A DNA stretch of 64,000 nucleotides. It comes from Alphaproteobacteria bacterium. GTDB lineage: Bacteria > Pseudomonadota > Alphaproteobacteria > SHVV01. Both the position numbers and the translations under genes were made by a program. The stretch spans positions 2,720,001 to 2,784,000 of the forward strand of contig OZ253470.1 of assembly GCA_965261735.1 (NCBI GenBank). Reading direction: 5' to 3'. Shown piece by piece: positions 41,099 to 53,849 of the stretch; the stretch's first letter is position 1; each line of letters starts with the position of its first letter. Under the pieces are notes generated by a model that searched no databases, was not told the DNA's origin, and was given only the letters and a program-made list of their open reading frames with translations.

Positions 41099-43159
41099 CT
41101 AGCGCAGGGCGGCGGCGATGTTGCCGCCGTCCACGGTGAGCACCGCGCCCGTGGTCTTGGGCGCCAGGGCGAGGCTGACGAAGGCGCGCGCCACGTCCTC
41201 TGGCTTGACCTCGCGCCCGAGCAGGTTTCCCGACATATAGTCGGCCACCGAGACGCCGCGCGCCTTGGCGCGCGCCTCCAGCAGGCCGCCCGCCACCATG
41301 CCGGTGCGCAGGCGGTCGGCGTTGACCGCGCAGCTGCGGATGCCGTCGGCGCCGTAGTCGAGCGCGTACTGGCGCGCGAGGTGCAGGGTCGCCGCCTTGG
41401 GCAGCCCGTAGGGTCCGAAGTCGGGACCCGGGTTGACCGCCTGCTTGGAGGCGTTGAACAGGAGCACCCCGCCCGTCCCCTGCGCCCGCATCACACGGAC
41501 CGCGCTCTGGGCCACGCTCTGGTGGGCGAAGAAGTTGAGCTCGAAGCTCGCCCGCAGGTCTTCCTCCGCGACCTCGCCGATGCGTCCCTGCCAGGCAGCG
41601 CCTGCATTGGAGACGACGATATCGACGCCGCCGAAGGCCGTACACGCGGCATCGAAGGCGGCGCGCACCTGGCCCGACTCCGTCACGTCGCAGGCCACCG
41701 CCAGCGCGCTCGCGCCGATGCCCGCGGCAACACCGCGCGCCGCCGCTTCGTCGATGTCGAGTATCGCGACCTCCGCGCCCTCGGCGGCAAAGGCCTGGAC
41801 CGTCGCGGCGCCGATGCCGCCCCCGCCGCCGGTGACGAGCGCGACATGTCGCGCCAGCGGCTTCTCCGCGCCCTTGCCGAGCTTGGCCTGCTCGAGCGAC
41901 CAGTACTCGATGTCGAACAGGTCGGCCTCACCCACCGGGGCGTAGCGGCCGATGGCCTCGGCCGCCGAGATCACCTCGACGGTCGTCTCGGCGAGGTCGG
42001 CGGCAATGCGCGCGTCTTTCGTCGACGCCCCGAGGCCAAACAGGCCGAGCCCGGGCACCAGAATCACCCGCGGCAGGGCATCGAGCGCCGTCTTGTCGGC
42101 CCCGGTTCGCGCGTTGTGGCGGGCGAAGTAGGCGCCGTAGTCGGCGGCGAAGCGCGCGACCGCGGCCCGGACCTCGGTGGCGAAGGCATCCAGGCCCTCG
42201 ACTTCGGGCGCCGGCACGAACAGCGGTCGGGCCTTGGTGCGGATGACGTGGTCGGGGGTGACGACCCCGGCAGAGGCGTATCGCCCGAGCTCGGCCCCGC
42301 CGACATAGTCGAGGATCGCCGGTGAAGTGCGATACTCCAATATCTGGCGCCGCCACGTGCCTTCACCCTCATCGAGGCAGGCGGCGCAGGCGCCGCGCAG
42401 AATTGGCGCCACGGCAGCGACGGGTGCGAGCGCGCGCGGAAGCGCAGTGCCCGCCACCCGGGTGCGAGCTCCCTTTGCGAGCCGCGCCTCGGCGGCGCTC
42501 ACCAGATCGATCATGCGCTCGTACGACTCCCGCGCATCGGCGCCAAAGGTGAAGATACCGTGCTTGAGCAGGATCAGGCCCTCGACGCCCGGATCCTCGG
42601 CGTGGACGCGGGCCGCCAATTTGGCTAACGCGAAGCCGGGCATGACGTAGGGAACCAGCGCCGCGCGCCCGTCGAACACCTCGGCGCAAAGATTGGCGCC
42701 AGCCTCCTGATCGGACAGCGCCAGCACCGCGTTGGCGTGGCTGTGGTCGATGAACTTGTCGGGCAGGAAGGCGTGCAGCAGCGTCTCGACCGAGGGATTG
42801 GGGGCCGCCGCATCGAGCAGCTGCCCGCGCTGGAGATTGACCATGTCGGCATCACCCAGCGACTCGAGCACGATCAGCTTTTGCAGCGGCGCGAGCCGCA
42901 GCGCCGGCAGGCCGCTCGGCTCGATGGTCGCGAGGTCCCAGCCCGAGCCCTTGACGCAGAGCACCTCGATGCTCGCGCCGGTGAGGTCGGCCATGTGCGT
43001 CTTGACCGAGGTGTTGCCGCCGCCGTGCAGCACGAGGCGCGGATCGCCGCCCAACAGGCGCGAGGTGTAAACCCGGAGCGCGACGTCGCGGTTGACGCCG
43101 CTGCCCTCGTAGTCGGCGACCGCGCGCTCGGCCTCGGTGTCGCTCCAGCGACTCTTCAT
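41099..43159 (-). CDS. Bifunctional class II aldolase / short-chain dehydrogenase
   Basis: [27 protein letters not shown]; SDR domain [22 protein letters not shown]. Confidence 0.9.
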   Translation of the reverse strand: MKSRWSDTEAERAVADYEGSGVNRDVALRVYTSRLLGGDPRLVLHGGGNTSVKTHMADLTGASIEVLCVKGSGWDLATIEPSGLPALRLAPLQKLIVLESLGDADMVNLQRGQLLDAAAPNPSVETLLHAFLPDKFIDHSHANAVLALSDQEAGANLCAEVFDGRAALVPYVMPGFALAKLAARVHAEDPGVEGLILLKHGIFTFGADARESYERMIDLVSAAEARLAKGARTRVAGTALPRALAPVAAVAPILRGACAACLDEGEGTWRRQILEYRTSPAILDYVGGAELGRYASAGVVTPDHVIRTKARPLFVPAPEVEGLDAFATEVRAAVARFAADYGAYFARHNARTGADKTALDALPRVILVPGLGLFGLGASTKDARIAADLAETTVEVISAAEAIGRYAPVGEADLFDIEYWSLEQAKLGKGAEKPLARHVALVTGGGGGIGAATVQAFAAEGAEVAILDIDEAAARGVAAGIGASALAVACDVTESGQVRAAFDAACTAFGGVDIVVSNAGAAWQGRIGEVAEEDLRASFELNFFAHQSVAQSAVRVMRAQGTGGVLLFNASKQAVNPGPDFGPYGLPKAATLHLARQYALDYGADGIRSCAVNADRLRTGMVAGGLLEARAKARGVSVADYMSGNLLGREVKPEDVARAFVSLALAPKTTGAVLTVDGGNIAAALR

Positions 43160-44250
43160 GGGCTGCGCTCCGGATAGAGCGAGAGGAGCCCGGCGGTGCT
43201 TGCGGCGCACACGCCGCGCTCGGTGACAAGGCCGGTGACGAGCCGCGCCGGCGTTACGTCGAAGGCGTAGTTGGCAGCGCGGGTGCCTTCCGGGGTGATC
43301 GCCACCGACACCACTTCGCCCGACGCGGTGCGGCCGCTCACATGCGTGACCTCGGCGGGCGCACGCTCCTCGATCGGGGCGTCCTCGAGCCCATCGGCAT
43401 CCCAGTCGATGGTCGAGTGCGGCAACGCGACGTAGAACGGCACGCCGTTGTCGTGCGCGGCCAATGCCTTCAGATAGGTGCCGATCTTGTTGCACACGTC
43501 GCCGTTGGCGGCGGTGCGGTCGGTGCCGGTGAGGCAGAGGTCGACCGCGCCGCGCTGCATCAGGTGGCCGCCGGCGTTGTCGGCGATCACGGTGTGCGCG
43601 ACCCCATGCTGGCCGAGCTCCCACGCGGTCAGGTTCGCGCCCTGGTTGCGCGGTCTCGTCTCGTCGACCCACACGTGGACCGGCAGGCCCAGGTCGCTGG
43701 CGAGGTAGATGGGCGCCAGCGCCGTCCCCCAATCCACGGTGGCGAGCCAGCCGGCGTTGCAGTGGGTGAGCACGTTGACGGGGCCATCGCCGGCGCGCCG
43801 CTGCAGCGCCGCTTTGATCAGCGGCAGCCCGTGCCCGCCGATGGCGCGGCAGGTGGCGACGTCGTCATCGCAGATTGCGCCCGCGGCCTCGTAGGCGACG
43901 GCGATGCGGTCGTTGTGCGGGCTCGCGCGCAGCGCCTCGCACATCCTATCGAGCGCCCAGCGCAGATTGACCGCGGTGGGGCGCGCCGCCAGCAGCATCT
44001 CGCGGGCCCGGTCGAGGGCGGCATCCGAGGCATCCTTGCGCGCTTGTAGGCACATCCCGTAGGCCGCGGTGGCGCCGATTAGCGGCGCCCCGCGCACCCG
44101 CATGTCGCGAATCGCGCTCGCGGCCTCCTCGGCGCTTTCGAGCCGAGCCGTGACGAACGCGTGGGGCAGGCGCGTCTGATCGATGATCGCCACCGACCAG
44201 CCGTCGTCGGCCACCCAGATCGAGCGATAGGGGACCCCGTTGACTTTCAT
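43156..44250 (-). CDS. mtnA: S-methyl-5-thioribose-1-phosphate isomerase
   Basis: [46 protein letters not shown]. Confidence 0.95.
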   Translation of the reverse strand: MKVNGVPYRSIWVADDGWSVAIIDQTRLPHAFVTARLESAEEAASAIRDMRVRGAPLIGATAAYGMCLQARKDASDAALDRAREMLLAARPTAVNLRWALDRMCEALRASPHNDRIAVAYEAAGAICDDDVATCRAIGGHGLPLIKAALQRRAGDGPVNVLTHCNAGWLATVDWGTALAPIYLASDLGLPVHVWVDETRPRNQGANLTAWELGQHGVAHTVIADNAGGHLMQRGAVDLCLTGTDRTAANGDVCNKIGTYLKALAAHDNGVPFYVALPHSTIDWDADGLEDAPIEERAPAEVTHVSGRTASGEVVSVAITPEGTRAANYAFDVTPARLVTGLVTERGVCAASTAGLLSLYPERSP

Positions 44251-44350
44251 CCGCGCCCGCGCCGCAACCTCTAATTCCGCTCCAGATTGTTACCATAAAT
44301 CGCACGCACCCTCGTGCGCCACACCGTTGAGTGCTAGGGTCGCAACCGCC

Positions 44351-45451
44351 ATGGCGACTTACTCCAACCTCGTCTCCGGCGATTCCCACATCTACGAGCC
44401 CTTCGATCTGTGGCAGAAGGCACTCGGCCCCAGGTTCGGCGATCGCCTCCCACACCTGATCGACGGCCACGGCGGCGCGAGCGGCAGGTTCTTCGACACC
44501 GGCGGGCAGGTGCTGGCCGTGGCCGAGGTCGATTCCGAGCATCGGAGCGCCGGGTTCCACCTCGCGGGCTACGACCCGGCGACGCGGCTCGACTTCCAGG
44601 AGCGGGCCGAGCTCAAGGCGGAGATCCTCTACGCCACCTACATGCAGAAGATCCTGCACAGCCGCCACGTCGAAGCGCTGCCGGCCATCGCCGAGGTTTA
44701 CAACGACTGGATCCGCGAGTTCGCATCGCACGATGCCAGGCGCCTGATCGGCATCGGCGTCATCCCGATGGTCGATGCCGGGTGGGCCGCACGCGAGCTC
44801 GAGCGCTGCGCCGCGATGGGCTTGCGGGGCGTCATGATCAACTGCCGCGAGCCGGTCGGCTGCCCGCCTTACCGCGACGCGGCCTACGATCCCTTCTGGG
44901 CGCGGGCCTCGGAACTGGGCCTGCCGGTCACACTGCATTCGCTCACCGGCAGGCTGCCCGACCCCTTTCACTTTCACGATGCCGACGCGCAGCAGGACTC
45001 GCCGCGCGCCATGGTCGAGCTGTTCTCCGAGATCCAGGGCACGCTCGCCAACGAGTTCATCTTCGGCGGCCTCCTCGACCGCTACCCGAGCTTGAAGATC
45101 ATCGTCAGCGAGTTCGAGCTCTCGTGGCTGCCCCACTTCGCGTGGCGCATGGATCAGATGCAGGGCGCGTTCGCTGCCCGCATGCCGCTGCCCAAGCTCG
45201 GGCTTGCGCGCGCCAGCGACTATGTGAGGTCGCGCCTGTGGTTCGGCTGGATCGACGATCCGCGCGGCGCCGAGACGGCGCGCGAGATCGGTGCCGAGCG
45301 CGTCCTCTGGGGCTCGGACTTTCCTCACGTGCGCTCGGCCGGCGTCGATGCGCAAAGCACGGTCGCGGCGCTACTAGGCGGGCTATCACGCCCCGAACAG
45401 GAACTGATCGCCGGCGGCACGGCGGGCGAGCTTTACAGCCTTGCTAATTGA
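44351..45451 (+). CDS. Amidohydrolase_2 family protein
   Basis: DSH..EP, YNDW, YDPFW, LH, DRYP.LK..E, WGSDFPH. Confidence 0.85.
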   Translation: MATYSNLVSGDSHIYEPFDLWQKALGPRFGDRLPHLIDGHGGASGRFFDTGGQVLAVAEVDSEHRSAGFHLAGYDPATRLDFQERAELKAEILYATYMQKILHSRHVEALPAIAEVYNDWIREFASHDARRLIGIGVIPMVDAGWAARELERCAAMGLRGVMINCREPVGCPPYRDAAYDPFWARASELGLPVTLHSLTGRLPDPFHFHDADAQQDSPRAMVELFSEIQGTLANEFIFGGLLDRYPSLKIIVSEFELSWLPHFAWRMDQMQGAFAARMPLPKLGLARASDYVRSRLWFGWIDDPRGAETAREIGAERVLWGSDFPHVRSAGVDAQSTVAALLGGLSRPEQELIAGGTAGELYSLAN

Positions 45452-45463
45452 CGGGTCGGCGCC

Positions 45464-46008
45464 CTATTCGCCCTCGAAGCTGCACAGGGCGTGGGTCTCG
45501 TGCCCGGCCTCGATAAGGCGGCGGCGGCCGCCGAGTTCGGGGAGGTCGATGACGAAGGCGCAGGCCATGACCTGCCCGCCCGCCTGCTCGATGAGCCGGA
45601 TGGTCGCGAGCGCGGTGCCGCCGGTGGCGATCAGGTCGTCGATCAGCAGTACCCGCTCGCCGGCGCGGATGGCGTCGGTATGGATTTCCACCCGATCGCT
45701 ACCGTATTCGAGCTCGTAATCCTGGCCTATCGTGTCCCACGGTAGCTTGCCCATCTTGCGCACCGGCACGAAGCCCTTATCGAGCTGGTGCGCCACGGCA
45801 CCGCCGAGGATGAAGCCGCGCGCCTCGATGCCGGCGACCTTGTCCAGGGTGCGGTCCTGAAACGGCGCCACCAATGCCGCGAGCGTGGTGCGAAAGCCCT
45901 CGGCATCGAGGAGTAGCGTAGTGATGTCGCGGAACTGGATGCCCGGCTTGGGGTAATCCGGGATGGTACGGATGCGCGATTTTATGACCTCCACCAGGAC
46001 CTCCGCGC

Positions 46009-46012
<4 letters not shown>
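45464..46012 (-). CDS. apt: Adenine phosphoribosyltransferase
   Basis: PDYPKPGIQFRDIT, GIEARGF, YELEYG, IDDLIATGGT. Confidence 0.96.
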
Positions 46013-46896
<884 letters not shown>

Positions 46897-46976
46897 GCCC
46901 AAATCCCTATCGCGGCCGAGATGTTTCGGGCGCAAGTGTTTCAGGTCCGCAGCGGCCGATCAACGTCGAGTGCCAT

Positions 46977-46999
46977 AAGAAAGCCGCCCGGCGGGCGGC
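46977..46999 (-). terminator. Probable terminator after petC
   Basis: GCCGCCC/GGGCGGC stem followed by TTTTCTT on the minus strand. Confidence 0.6.
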
Positions 47000-47023
47000 C
47001 CTCAACGCCAGCATGCGCGTCCC

Positions 47024-47815
47024 CTAATGGACGTCGCGCCAGACCTTCTGCTTGGCGAGGTAGAACAGGACGGTCAGCGCGATAAGGAAGATCATGACCT
47101 TGAAGCCGAGGCGCTTGCGGGCCTCGAGGGTAGGCTCGGCGGCCCACGCGAGGAAGGTCACGACGTCGCCCGCCATCTGCTCGACCGTGGCCGGCGTGCC
47201 ATCCGCGTACTCGACCACATCCTCTTCCAGCGGCGGCGCCATGGCGATCTGATGACCCGGGAAGTAGGCATTGTACTGCAGCCCCTCGCCGACCTCCACA
47301 CCCTCCGGCGGTTCGTGGTAGCCGGTGAGCAGGGCGTACACGTAGTCCTCGCCGTAGACGTACAGCGAACGGTGGACCGTGCCCCCGGACCGCGCCTTGA
47401 CGATCAGCGAGAGGTCGGGCGGCAGGGCGCCGTTGTTGGCCGCGCGGGCTTCGTTGTCATTGGTAAAGGGCGAGGGGAACGGGTCCGAAAGGCGCGCTGG
47501 TCGGTCGAACATCTCGCCTTCCGCGTCGGGCCCGTCGGTCACGTCGTACTCGGACGCGATCGCCTTGGCCTCGTCCGCGCTGAAGCCTATTTCGACGAGG
47601 TTGCGGAAGCTGATGTATTTGAGCGAATGGCAGGCCGCGCACACGTCCCTGTAAACCAGGTAGCCGCGCTGCAAAGCCCCGCGGTCGAACGAGCCGAAGA
47701 TGCCGTTGAAGGACCAGGGGTGCGCGGTCGGCTCCTCGCCGGCGGCCGCGGCCGGGCCTTGGCCGGCGAGGGCGAGGGCGAGCGCCACCGCGGCGCAGGC
47801 GAGCGCGCGTCGCAT
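47024..47815 (-). CDS. petC: Cytochrome c1
   Basis: LQRG..VY..VCAACHS, PPDLSLI, MAPPL, FL.WAAEP; C-terminal TM helix. Confidence 0.95.
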   Translation of the reverse strand: MRRALACAAVALALALAGQGPAAAAGEEPTAHPWSFNGIFGSFDRGALQRGYLVYRDVCAACHSLKYISFRNLVEIGFSADEAKAIASEYDVTDGPDAEGEMFDRPARLSDPFPSPFTNDNEARAANNGALPPDLSLIVKARSGGTVHRSLYVYGEDYVYALLTGYHEPPEGVEVGEGLQYNAYFPGHQIAMAPPLEEDVVEYADGTPATVEQMAGDVVTFLAWAAEPTLEARKRLGFKVMIFLIALTVLFYLAKQKVWRDVH

Positions 47816-49080
47816 TACGATCCGTCGCCGGGTGGCGATGCCGCCGCCGCGCCAGCCGACGCTGGCGCCAGCACCGGCTCGTGGATGCCCTCGGGCGTCG
47901 GCTTGGGCCTCTCGAGCCAGCCCACGAGTGGCAGGATGATGATGAAGTGGAGGAAGTAGTAAGCCGTGGCGACACGGCCGATGACCAGCCACACACCCTC
48001 GGGCGGGTTGGCGCCGACGACCCCAAGCACCAGGGTGTCGATGACCCAAAGCCAGAAGAACTGCTTGAACACCGGGCGAAAGCGCGCCGAGCGGACGCGC
48101 GAGGTATCGAGCCACGGCAGCAGGAACAGAATGACGATCGACGCCACCATCAGGATCACGCCGCCGAGTTTGTCGGGCACCGCGCGCAGGATGGCGTAGT
48201 AGGGCAGGAAGTACCACTCCGGGACAATGTGCGGCGGCGTCGCCAGCGAATTGGCCGGAATGTAGTTGTCGGGGTGACCCATGTAGTTGGGCGCGTAGAA
48301 CACGAATGCGGCGAGCGCGATGAGGAACGCCCCGAGCCCGACCATGTCCTTGATCGTGTAGTAGGGATGGAACGGGATCGTATCCTGCGCGCCCTTGATG
48401 TCGACGCCGAGCGGATTGTTCGACTTGTGGACGTGCAGCGCCCACAGGTGGAGGAACACGACGCCGACGATCGCGAACGGCAGCAGGTAGTGCAGGCTGT
48501 AGAAGCGGGTCAGCGTCGGGCTGCCGACGGTGAAGCCGCCCCACAGCCAAGTGGTGATGCCCTCGCCCACGAGCGGGATCGCCGAGAACAGGTTGGTGAT
48601 CACGGTGGCCGCCCAGTAGCTCATCTGCCCCCACGGCAGCACGTAACCCATGAAGGCGCTCGCCATCATCAGCAGCAGGATGACGAGGCCGAGCCACCAC
48701 AGGAGCTCACGCGGGTACTTGTAGGAGCCGTAGTACATGCCGCGGAAGAGGTGGATGTAGACCACGAGGAAGAACAGCGACGCGCCGTTGGCGTGGAGGT
48801 AGCGCAGCAGCCAGCCGTAATTGACGTTGCGCATGATGTGCTCGACGCTGTCGAACGCCATGTCGGCGTGCGGGATGTAGTGCATCGCCAGCACGATGCC
48901 GGTGACGATCTGCAGCACCAGCGCGATGCCAGCGATGGAGCCGAAGTTCCACCAGTAGCTGAGGTTCTTGGGCGATGGATAGTTGGTGCCGACCGAATCG
49001 TTGATGAAGCCGAAGATTGGCAGCCGAAACTCGATCCATCGAATGATCGGGTTCGACGACTGGAACGAGCTCGAACTCAT
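47815..49080 (-). CDS. petB: Cytochrome b
   Basis: [30 protein letters not shown]. Confidence 0.97.
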   Translation of the reverse strand: MSSSSFQSSNPIIRWIEFRLPIFGFINDSVGTNYPSPKNLSYWWNFGSIAGIALVLQIVTGIVLAMHYIPHADMAFDSVEHIMRNVNYGWLLRYLHANGASLFFLVVYIHLFRGMYYGSYKYPRELLWWLGLVILLLMMASAFMGYVLPWGQMSYWAATVITNLFSAIPLVGEGITTWLWGGFTVGSPTLTRFYSLHYLLPFAIVGVVFLHLWALHVHKSNNPLGVDIKGAQDTIPFHPYYTIKDMVGLGAFLIALAAFVFYAPNYMGHPDNYIPANSLATPPHIVPEWYFLPYYAILRAVPDKLGGVILMVASIVILFLLPWLDTSRVRSARFRPVFKQFFWLWVIDTLVLGVVGANPPEGVWLVIGRVATAYYFLHFIIILPLVGWLERPKPTPEGIHEPVLAPASAGAAAASPPGDGS

Positions 49081-49083
49081 CGC

Positions 49084-49626
49084 TCAGCCGATCCTGATCG
49101 TCGTTTCGTCGAGGAATTCGTAGTCCGGCACCTCCAGGTTGAGCGGCGCCGGGCCTTTGCGGATGCGCCCCGAGGTGTCGTAGTGCGAGCCGTGGCACGG
49201 GCAGAACCAGCCGCCGAACTCGCCCTTCGGCTCGGTTCCCTTCTGGCCCAGCGGAATACAGCCGAGGTGCGTACACACGCCGACCATGACCAGCCATTCG
49301 GGCTTTTGCACGCGCTCGCTATCGGTTTGGGGATCGCGTAGGTCGCCGATATCAGCGCCTTGCGCGGCCTCGATCTCGGCCGCCGTGCGACGGCGTACGA
49401 AGACCGGCTTGCCGCGCCAGACGATGGTGATGCTCTGGCCCTCCTCGACCGGGCCGAGATCGACTTCGGTGGAGGACAGCGCCAGCACGTCAGCGGAGGG
49501 GTTCATCGAGTGGACGAGCGGCCACAGGGAGGCTATCGCGCCAACGACGCCTGCGGTCCCCACCGCCACGTAGAGAAAGTCGCGCCGAGCCACTTCCTCG
49601 CCGTGAACGTCTTCCGGCGCCGTCAT
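49084..49626 (-). CDS. petA: Ubiquinol-cytochrome c reductase Rieske subunit
   Basis: Tat motif RRDFL; CTHLGC and CPCHGS. Confidence 0.96.
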   Translation of the reverse strand: MTAPEDVHGEEVARRDFLYVAVGTAGVVGAIASLWPLVHSMNPSADVLALSSTEVDLGPVEEGQSITIVWRGKPVFVRRRTAAEIEAAQGADIGDLRDPQTDSERVQKPEWLVMVGVCTHLGCIPLGQKGTEPKGEFGGWFCPCHGSHYDTSGRIRKGPAPLNLEVPDYEFLDETTIRIG

Positions 49627-49752
49627 CCCCCCACCTCGTGCATCGCGCGCGGGCGGCACATTACTAGTCGCTGTCGGCCACCCTTGTCCAGTGCTAGCGC
49701 CGCCGCCGCGCCGGGGCTGGCGGCGGCCGCAAACTGCGTTAAGGTGCCGGCC

Positions 49753-50250
49753 ATGCGGCTCGCCCTCTACCAACCCGACATCCCGCCCAACGCGGGAACA
49801 CTGCTGCGCCTCGGCGCGTGCCTCGGGATCGCCATCGACATCATCGAGCCCTGCGGCTTCCCGTTCGCCGACCGGGCGCTGCGGCGCGCCGGCCTCGACT
49901 ACCTCGATCTTGCCGAGGTCCATCGCCATCGCTCGTGGGCCGCCTTCCTCGCCTCGCGCGGTGGCGCGGGACGCCTGGTGCTGCTCACGACCCGGGGCGC
50001 CACCGACTACACGGGGTTCGGGTTCGAGCCCGGCGACACGATCCTCGTGGGCCGCGAGAGCGCCGGGGCGCCCGACGAGGTGCACGCGGCCGCCGACGCC
50101 CGCTTGCGCATTCCCATGGCGCCAGACGCCCGCGCCCTCAACGTCGCCGTAGCCGCGGCCATGGCCCTCGGCGAAGCCCTGCGCCAGACGAACTCGTTTC
50201 CGTCATCGGACATGGGCGCGGCCACGGCGGCGCGGGCCGCGCTGTCGTGA
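49753..50250 (+). CDS. trmL: tRNA (cytidine(34)-2'-O)-methyltransferase
   Basis: [31 protein letters not shown]. Confidence 0.9.
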   Translation: MRLALYQPDIPPNAGTLLRLGACLGIAIDIIEPCGFPFADRALRRAGLDYLDLAEVHRHRSWAAFLASRGGAGRLVLLTTRGATDYTGFGFEPGDTILVGRESAGAPDEVHAAADARLRIPMAPDARALNVAVAAAMALGEALRQTNSFPSSDMGAATAARAALS

Positions 50251-51104
50251 GCGGCGATCGGCAGGCCGCGGCGGCGGCCTGGTTCGAAGAGCTGCGCGAC
50301 GGGCTATGCAGGGCTTTCGAGACGCTCGAGGACGAGGCTCGAGGCGTACCGGGCGCCACGCCGGGGCGCTTCGAGCGTAGCGCCTGGCAGCGCGAAGCCG
50401 CTGGCGGCGATAGTGCCGGCGGCGGTGGCGTGATGTCGGTCATGCGGGGCCGGGTATTCGAGAAGATCGGCGTCAACGTATCGACGGTGTACGGCGAGTT
50501 CTCGCCCGAGTTCCGCACGCGCGTCCCGGGCGCCGAAGAGGATCCCCGCTACTGGGCGAGCGGCCTGTCGCTTGTCGCCCACCCCTGTTCGCCCAAGGTC
50601 CCGGCTGCGCATATGAACACGCGCCACGTCGTCACGACCAAGGCCTGGTTCGGTGGCGGCGCCGACCTCACGCCGATGGTTGCCGACGAGGCCGACACGA
50701 CGGCGTTTCACGGCGCCCTCAAGGCGGCCTGTGATACCCACGACACGACCTATTACGCGCGGTTCAAAAAGTGGTGCGACGAATACTTCTTCCTGCCCCA
50801 CCGCGGCGAGCCGCGCGGCGTCGGCGGCATCTTTTTCGACGACCTCGGCAGCGCCGACTGGGCCGCCGACTTCGCCTTCACCCGCGATGTCGGCACCGCC
50901 TTCCTCGAGGCCTATCCGGCCATCGTGCGCCGCCACATGAACGAAACCTGGACCGACGCCGAGCGCGAGCATCAACTCATTCGCCGCGGGCGCTACGTCG
51001 AGTTCAACCTGCTCTGCGACCGTGGGACCCAGTTTGGGCTCAAGACCGGCGGCAACGTTGATGCCATACTGATGTCGCTACCGCCGGAGGTGAAGTGGCC
51101 GTGA
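50247..51104 (+). CDS. hemF: Oxygen-dependent coproporphyrinogen III oxidase
   Basis: [44 protein letters not shown]. Confidence 0.95.
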   Translation: MSGDRQAAAAAWFEELRDGLCRAFETLEDEARGVPGATPGRFERSAWQREAAGGDSAGGGGVMSVMRGRVFEKIGVNVSTVYGEFSPEFRTRVPGAEEDPRYWASGLSLVAHPCSPKVPAAHMNTRHVVTTKAWFGGGADLTPMVADEADTTAFHGALKAACDTHDTTYYARFKKWCDEYFFLPHRGEPRGVGGIFFDDLGSADWAADFAFTRDVGTAFLEAYPAIVRRHMNETWTDAEREHQLIRRGRYVEFNLLCDRGTQFGLKTGGNVDAILMSLPPEVKWP

Positions 51105-51682
51105 ACGGAGGGACCGCCGTGGCGACCTGGTGGAGACGAGCGGAACGGCTGGCGGCGCTGATCGCGACCATCGCCCTGCTCGGCGCGGCCCCGGCGCTCG
51201 CCCAGGGCCGGGACGCGCCGATCAGCGCCTTTTTTGGACAATGGGTCGGCAGCGGCGTCTCGGAAAGCGCGATCAGCATCGTCTTCCCCTACACCCAGCG
51301 CGACCTCAACGTCACGATCCGGCCCGACGGCGCCGGCTTCGCGGTCTCGTGGGTCACCGTCCAGCGTAAGAAGGGTGATCCCAACAATCCAACGCCCGTG
51401 CGCAAGACCACGCGCACGTCCTTCATCCCGAGCGGCCGCACCAATGTATGGCGGGCGAGCGACACGGCGGATCCGCTGGCCGGCAACGCGTACACCTGGG
51501 CCCGCAAGGAGGGCCAGTCCCTGATCGTGTACTCCACGCTCATCGAGGACGATGGCCGCTTCGAGTTGCAGGTCTACACGCGCACCCTGTCGGGCCTCGG
51601 CATGGCCCTCGAGTTTGTCAGCGTGCGCGACGGCGAGATCGCGCGCACGGTCAAGGGCCAGCTCACCAAATTCAGCGATTGA
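51101..51682 (+). CDS. Exported hypothetical protein
   Basis: Signal peptide (APALAQ), beta-strand-rich; overlaps the hemF stop. Confidence 0.7.
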   Translation: MNGGTAVATWWRRAERLAALIATIALLGAAPALAQGRDAPISAFFGQWVGSGVSESAISIVFPYTQRDLNVTIRPDGAGFAVSWVTVQRKKGDPNNPTPVRKTTRTSFIPSGRTNVWRASDTADPLAGNAYTWARKEGQSLIVYSTLIEDDGRFELQVYTRTLSGLGMALEFVSVRDGEIARTVKGQLTKFSD

Positions 51683-51706
51683 AACGACGGGCGGCGCGGC
51701 GTCTGC

Positions 51707-52939
51707 TCACGCGGTGGCGGTCAGCGCCCTGATCCACGCCAGCAACTCGGCACGATCGGAGCGAAAGTCGCGCTCGATCCACCGCGCCTCGGCTGCGCCC
51801 AGCAGCGCGCCGATGGCGGGCCCGCTGGCGATGCCGAGCGCCTTCACATCGCGGCCCCGCACCGGCAGCGCCGGTACCGGCCAAGTGGCGACGTTCGATA
51901 GCATGGCGCGGAAGCGGGTATCGCCGCGCGCTGACCTGGCCCACGCCAGTAGCACCGCATCGCGCAGCGCGTCGCGCCCGAGCCTGTAAAGGGCAACCCG
52001 CAGCTTGCGCGCGCCCGAGCGGCCGTCGACGGCAATCGGTGGCGCGACCATCGTCACCAGCCTGGCGCGTTGCTTATTGGAGAGGCGCAGGCGGGCCGCC
52101 ACGGCCGCGGCGCAGGCACCATCGGTGGCCAGCGCGGCGCCGAGGCGGCGCAAGGGATCGCCGCCGCCGCTGGCGGCCTCGATCCGGCACAGGCGGCGTA
52201 GGCGCCGCAGGTTGCCGGCCTCGGGCAGGATCGGAGCGAGCACGCCGTTCGCACCCATCAGGGCGAGCGCCGCCGCCGGGTCGGGCGCATCGAGCAGGCG
52301 CAGCAGCTCGCCCGCGACGCGCTCGCCCGAGAGCTCGCGCAGGCGCTCGGCGTGCCGCCGGCAGGCGGCGAGCCCGATTGGATCCGGCGGCCCCCGACCG
52401 TACCAGGCGTGGAAGCGGAAGAATCTCAGTATGCGCAGTACGTCCTCGACGATGCGCTGCGCCGGCTCGCCGACAAAGCGCACCCGCCCCGCGCGAAGGT
52501 CGGCGAGGCCGCCCATCGGATCATACAGCGTGCCATCGTCGTCGAGATAAAGGGCGTTGATGGTGAAGTCGCGGCGCTCGGCGTCGGCGATCCAGTCGTC
52601 GGTAAACGCGACCTTGGCGCGGCGGCCGTAGGCTTCGACGTCGCGGCGCAGCGTCGTCACCTCGAAGTGCTCTTCGCCGATGATGGCGGTGATCGTACCG
52701 TACGCGATGCCGGTCGGGATCGCGCGCACCCCGGCCTGGCCGAGCAGCCGCAGCACCCGGGGCGGCGTGTCCGGCGTGGCGATATCGATGTCGACGACTT
52801 GGCGCCGGAGCAGGGCATCGCGCACGCAGCCGCCGACGAACCTCACCGTGGTTCCCCGCGCCGACAGCGCGGCGACCACGGCGCGCGTTGCCGCCGCCAC
52901 GAGCCAGGGCTCGCGAGCGAGCCTGGCCGGCGAACGCAC
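51707..52939 (-). CDS. cca: CCA tRNA nucleotidyltransferase
   Basis: VGGCVRD, DIDIAT, EVTTLR.D, RRDFTINAL, ED.LRILRF.RF; start approximate. Confidence 0.9.
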   Translation of the reverse strand: MRSPARLAREPWLVAAATRAVVAALSARGTTVRFVGGCVRDALLRRQVVDIDIATPDTPPRVLRLLGQAGVRAIPTGIAYGTITAIIGEEHFEVTTLRRDVEAYGRRAKVAFTDDWIADAERRDFTINALYLDDDGTLYDPMGGLADLRAGRVRFVGEPAQRIVEDVLRILRFFRFHAWYGRGPPDPIGLAACRRHAERLRELSGERVAGELLRLLDAPDPAAALALMGANGVLAPILPEAGNLRRLRRLCRIEAASGGGDPLRRLGAALATDGACAAAVAARLRLSNKQRARLVTMVAPPIAVDGRSGARKLRVALYRLGRDALRDAVLLAWARSARGDTRFRAMLSNVATWPVPALPVRGRDVKALGIASGPAIGALLGAAEARWIERDFRSDRAELLAWIRALTATA

Positions 52940-52947
52940 GGGCGCCG

Positions 52948-53223
52948 CTAGCGGACCTCCGCCGGCGCGATCTTGCCGTCGATCAGGCGCGGCGGAACGT
53001 AGGTGCCCTCGGTATCTCCGTTGGTGAGCAACGCAAATCCGAGGAGGGTCACGATCATCAGGCTCGCGGCGGCGATACCGAGCCACGTCCAGGGCGCATC
53101 GTGCCACCCCGGTGACGAGCCGCCGGCGGCCCGGGCTCGCCGGCCGGCGAGCCACAGATAGAGCGCGTAAAGCACGAACGGGAGCGCGATCGGTACGACG
53201 TAGATCAGCAGCTTTCGCAGCAT
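52948..53223 (-). CDS. Small membrane protein (DUF6111-like)
   Basis: Two TM helices, YVPP...DGKI motif; conserved position in the cca/nudix operon. Confidence 0.7.
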   Translation of the reverse strand: MLRKLLIYVVPIALPFVLYALYLWLAGRRARAAGGSSPGWHDAPWTWLGIAAASLMIVTLLGFALLTNGDTEGTYVPPRLIDGKIAPAEVR

Positions 53224-53849
53224 CAGGGGACAAGCCTATCGTAAAGGTTGACCAGCATGCCGGCGGTCGCGCCCCAGATGAAACGCGTGCCGTAGGGCAT
53301 GGCGTAGAAGTGGCGCTCGACGCCGTCGAAGACGCGGCTGTGGCGGCGGTGGTTGGCGGGGTGGAGGAGGAAGTCGAGCGGTACCTCGAACGCTTCCGCG
53401 ACCTCGAGGGCGTCGAGACGCAGGGTAAAGCCGGGCGCCACCAGGCCAACGACGGGCGTGACCGAAAAGCCGGTGCCGGTCTCGTAGACATCGAGCCCCC
53501 CCATGATCTCGACGCGATTCCGATCGAGCCCGATCTCCTCCTCGGTCTCGCGCAGCGCCGTCGCGACCGGCCCTTCGTCATCGGGTTCGACGCGGCCGCC
53601 CGGGAAGCTGATCTGACCGGCATGGTCGTTGAGATGATCGGTCCGTTGGGTGAGCAGGACCGTGGTACCCGAAGCGTGCTCGATGAGAGGTATCAGCACC
53701 GCCGCCGGTACCAGCATGTTTCGGACCCGGTGCGCGCCTGGGTTGAGATCGAAATCGCCGCGCCGGCCGGGGGCGGGCGTGGCCGATGCATCGGGCAGGC
53801 CGGCGAGCGCCGCGCGCAGCCGTGCGCCGCCCAGGGTGTGCGGGGTCAT
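53223..53849 (-). CDS. Nudix CoA pyrophosphatase
   Basis: AAVLIP, LLT.R, HAGQISFPGG, ALRETEEEIG, IWGATA. Confidence 0.92.
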   Translation of the reverse strand: MTPHTLGGARLRAALAGLPDASATPAPGRRGDFDLNPGAHRVRNMLVPAAVLIPLIEHASGTTVLLTQRTDHLNDHAGQISFPGGRVEPDDEGPVATALRETEEEIGLDRNRVEIMGGLDVYETGTGFSVTPVVGLVAPGFTLRLDALEVAEAFEVPLDFLLHPANHRRHSRVFDGVERHFYAMPYGTRFIWGATAGMLVNLYDRLVP

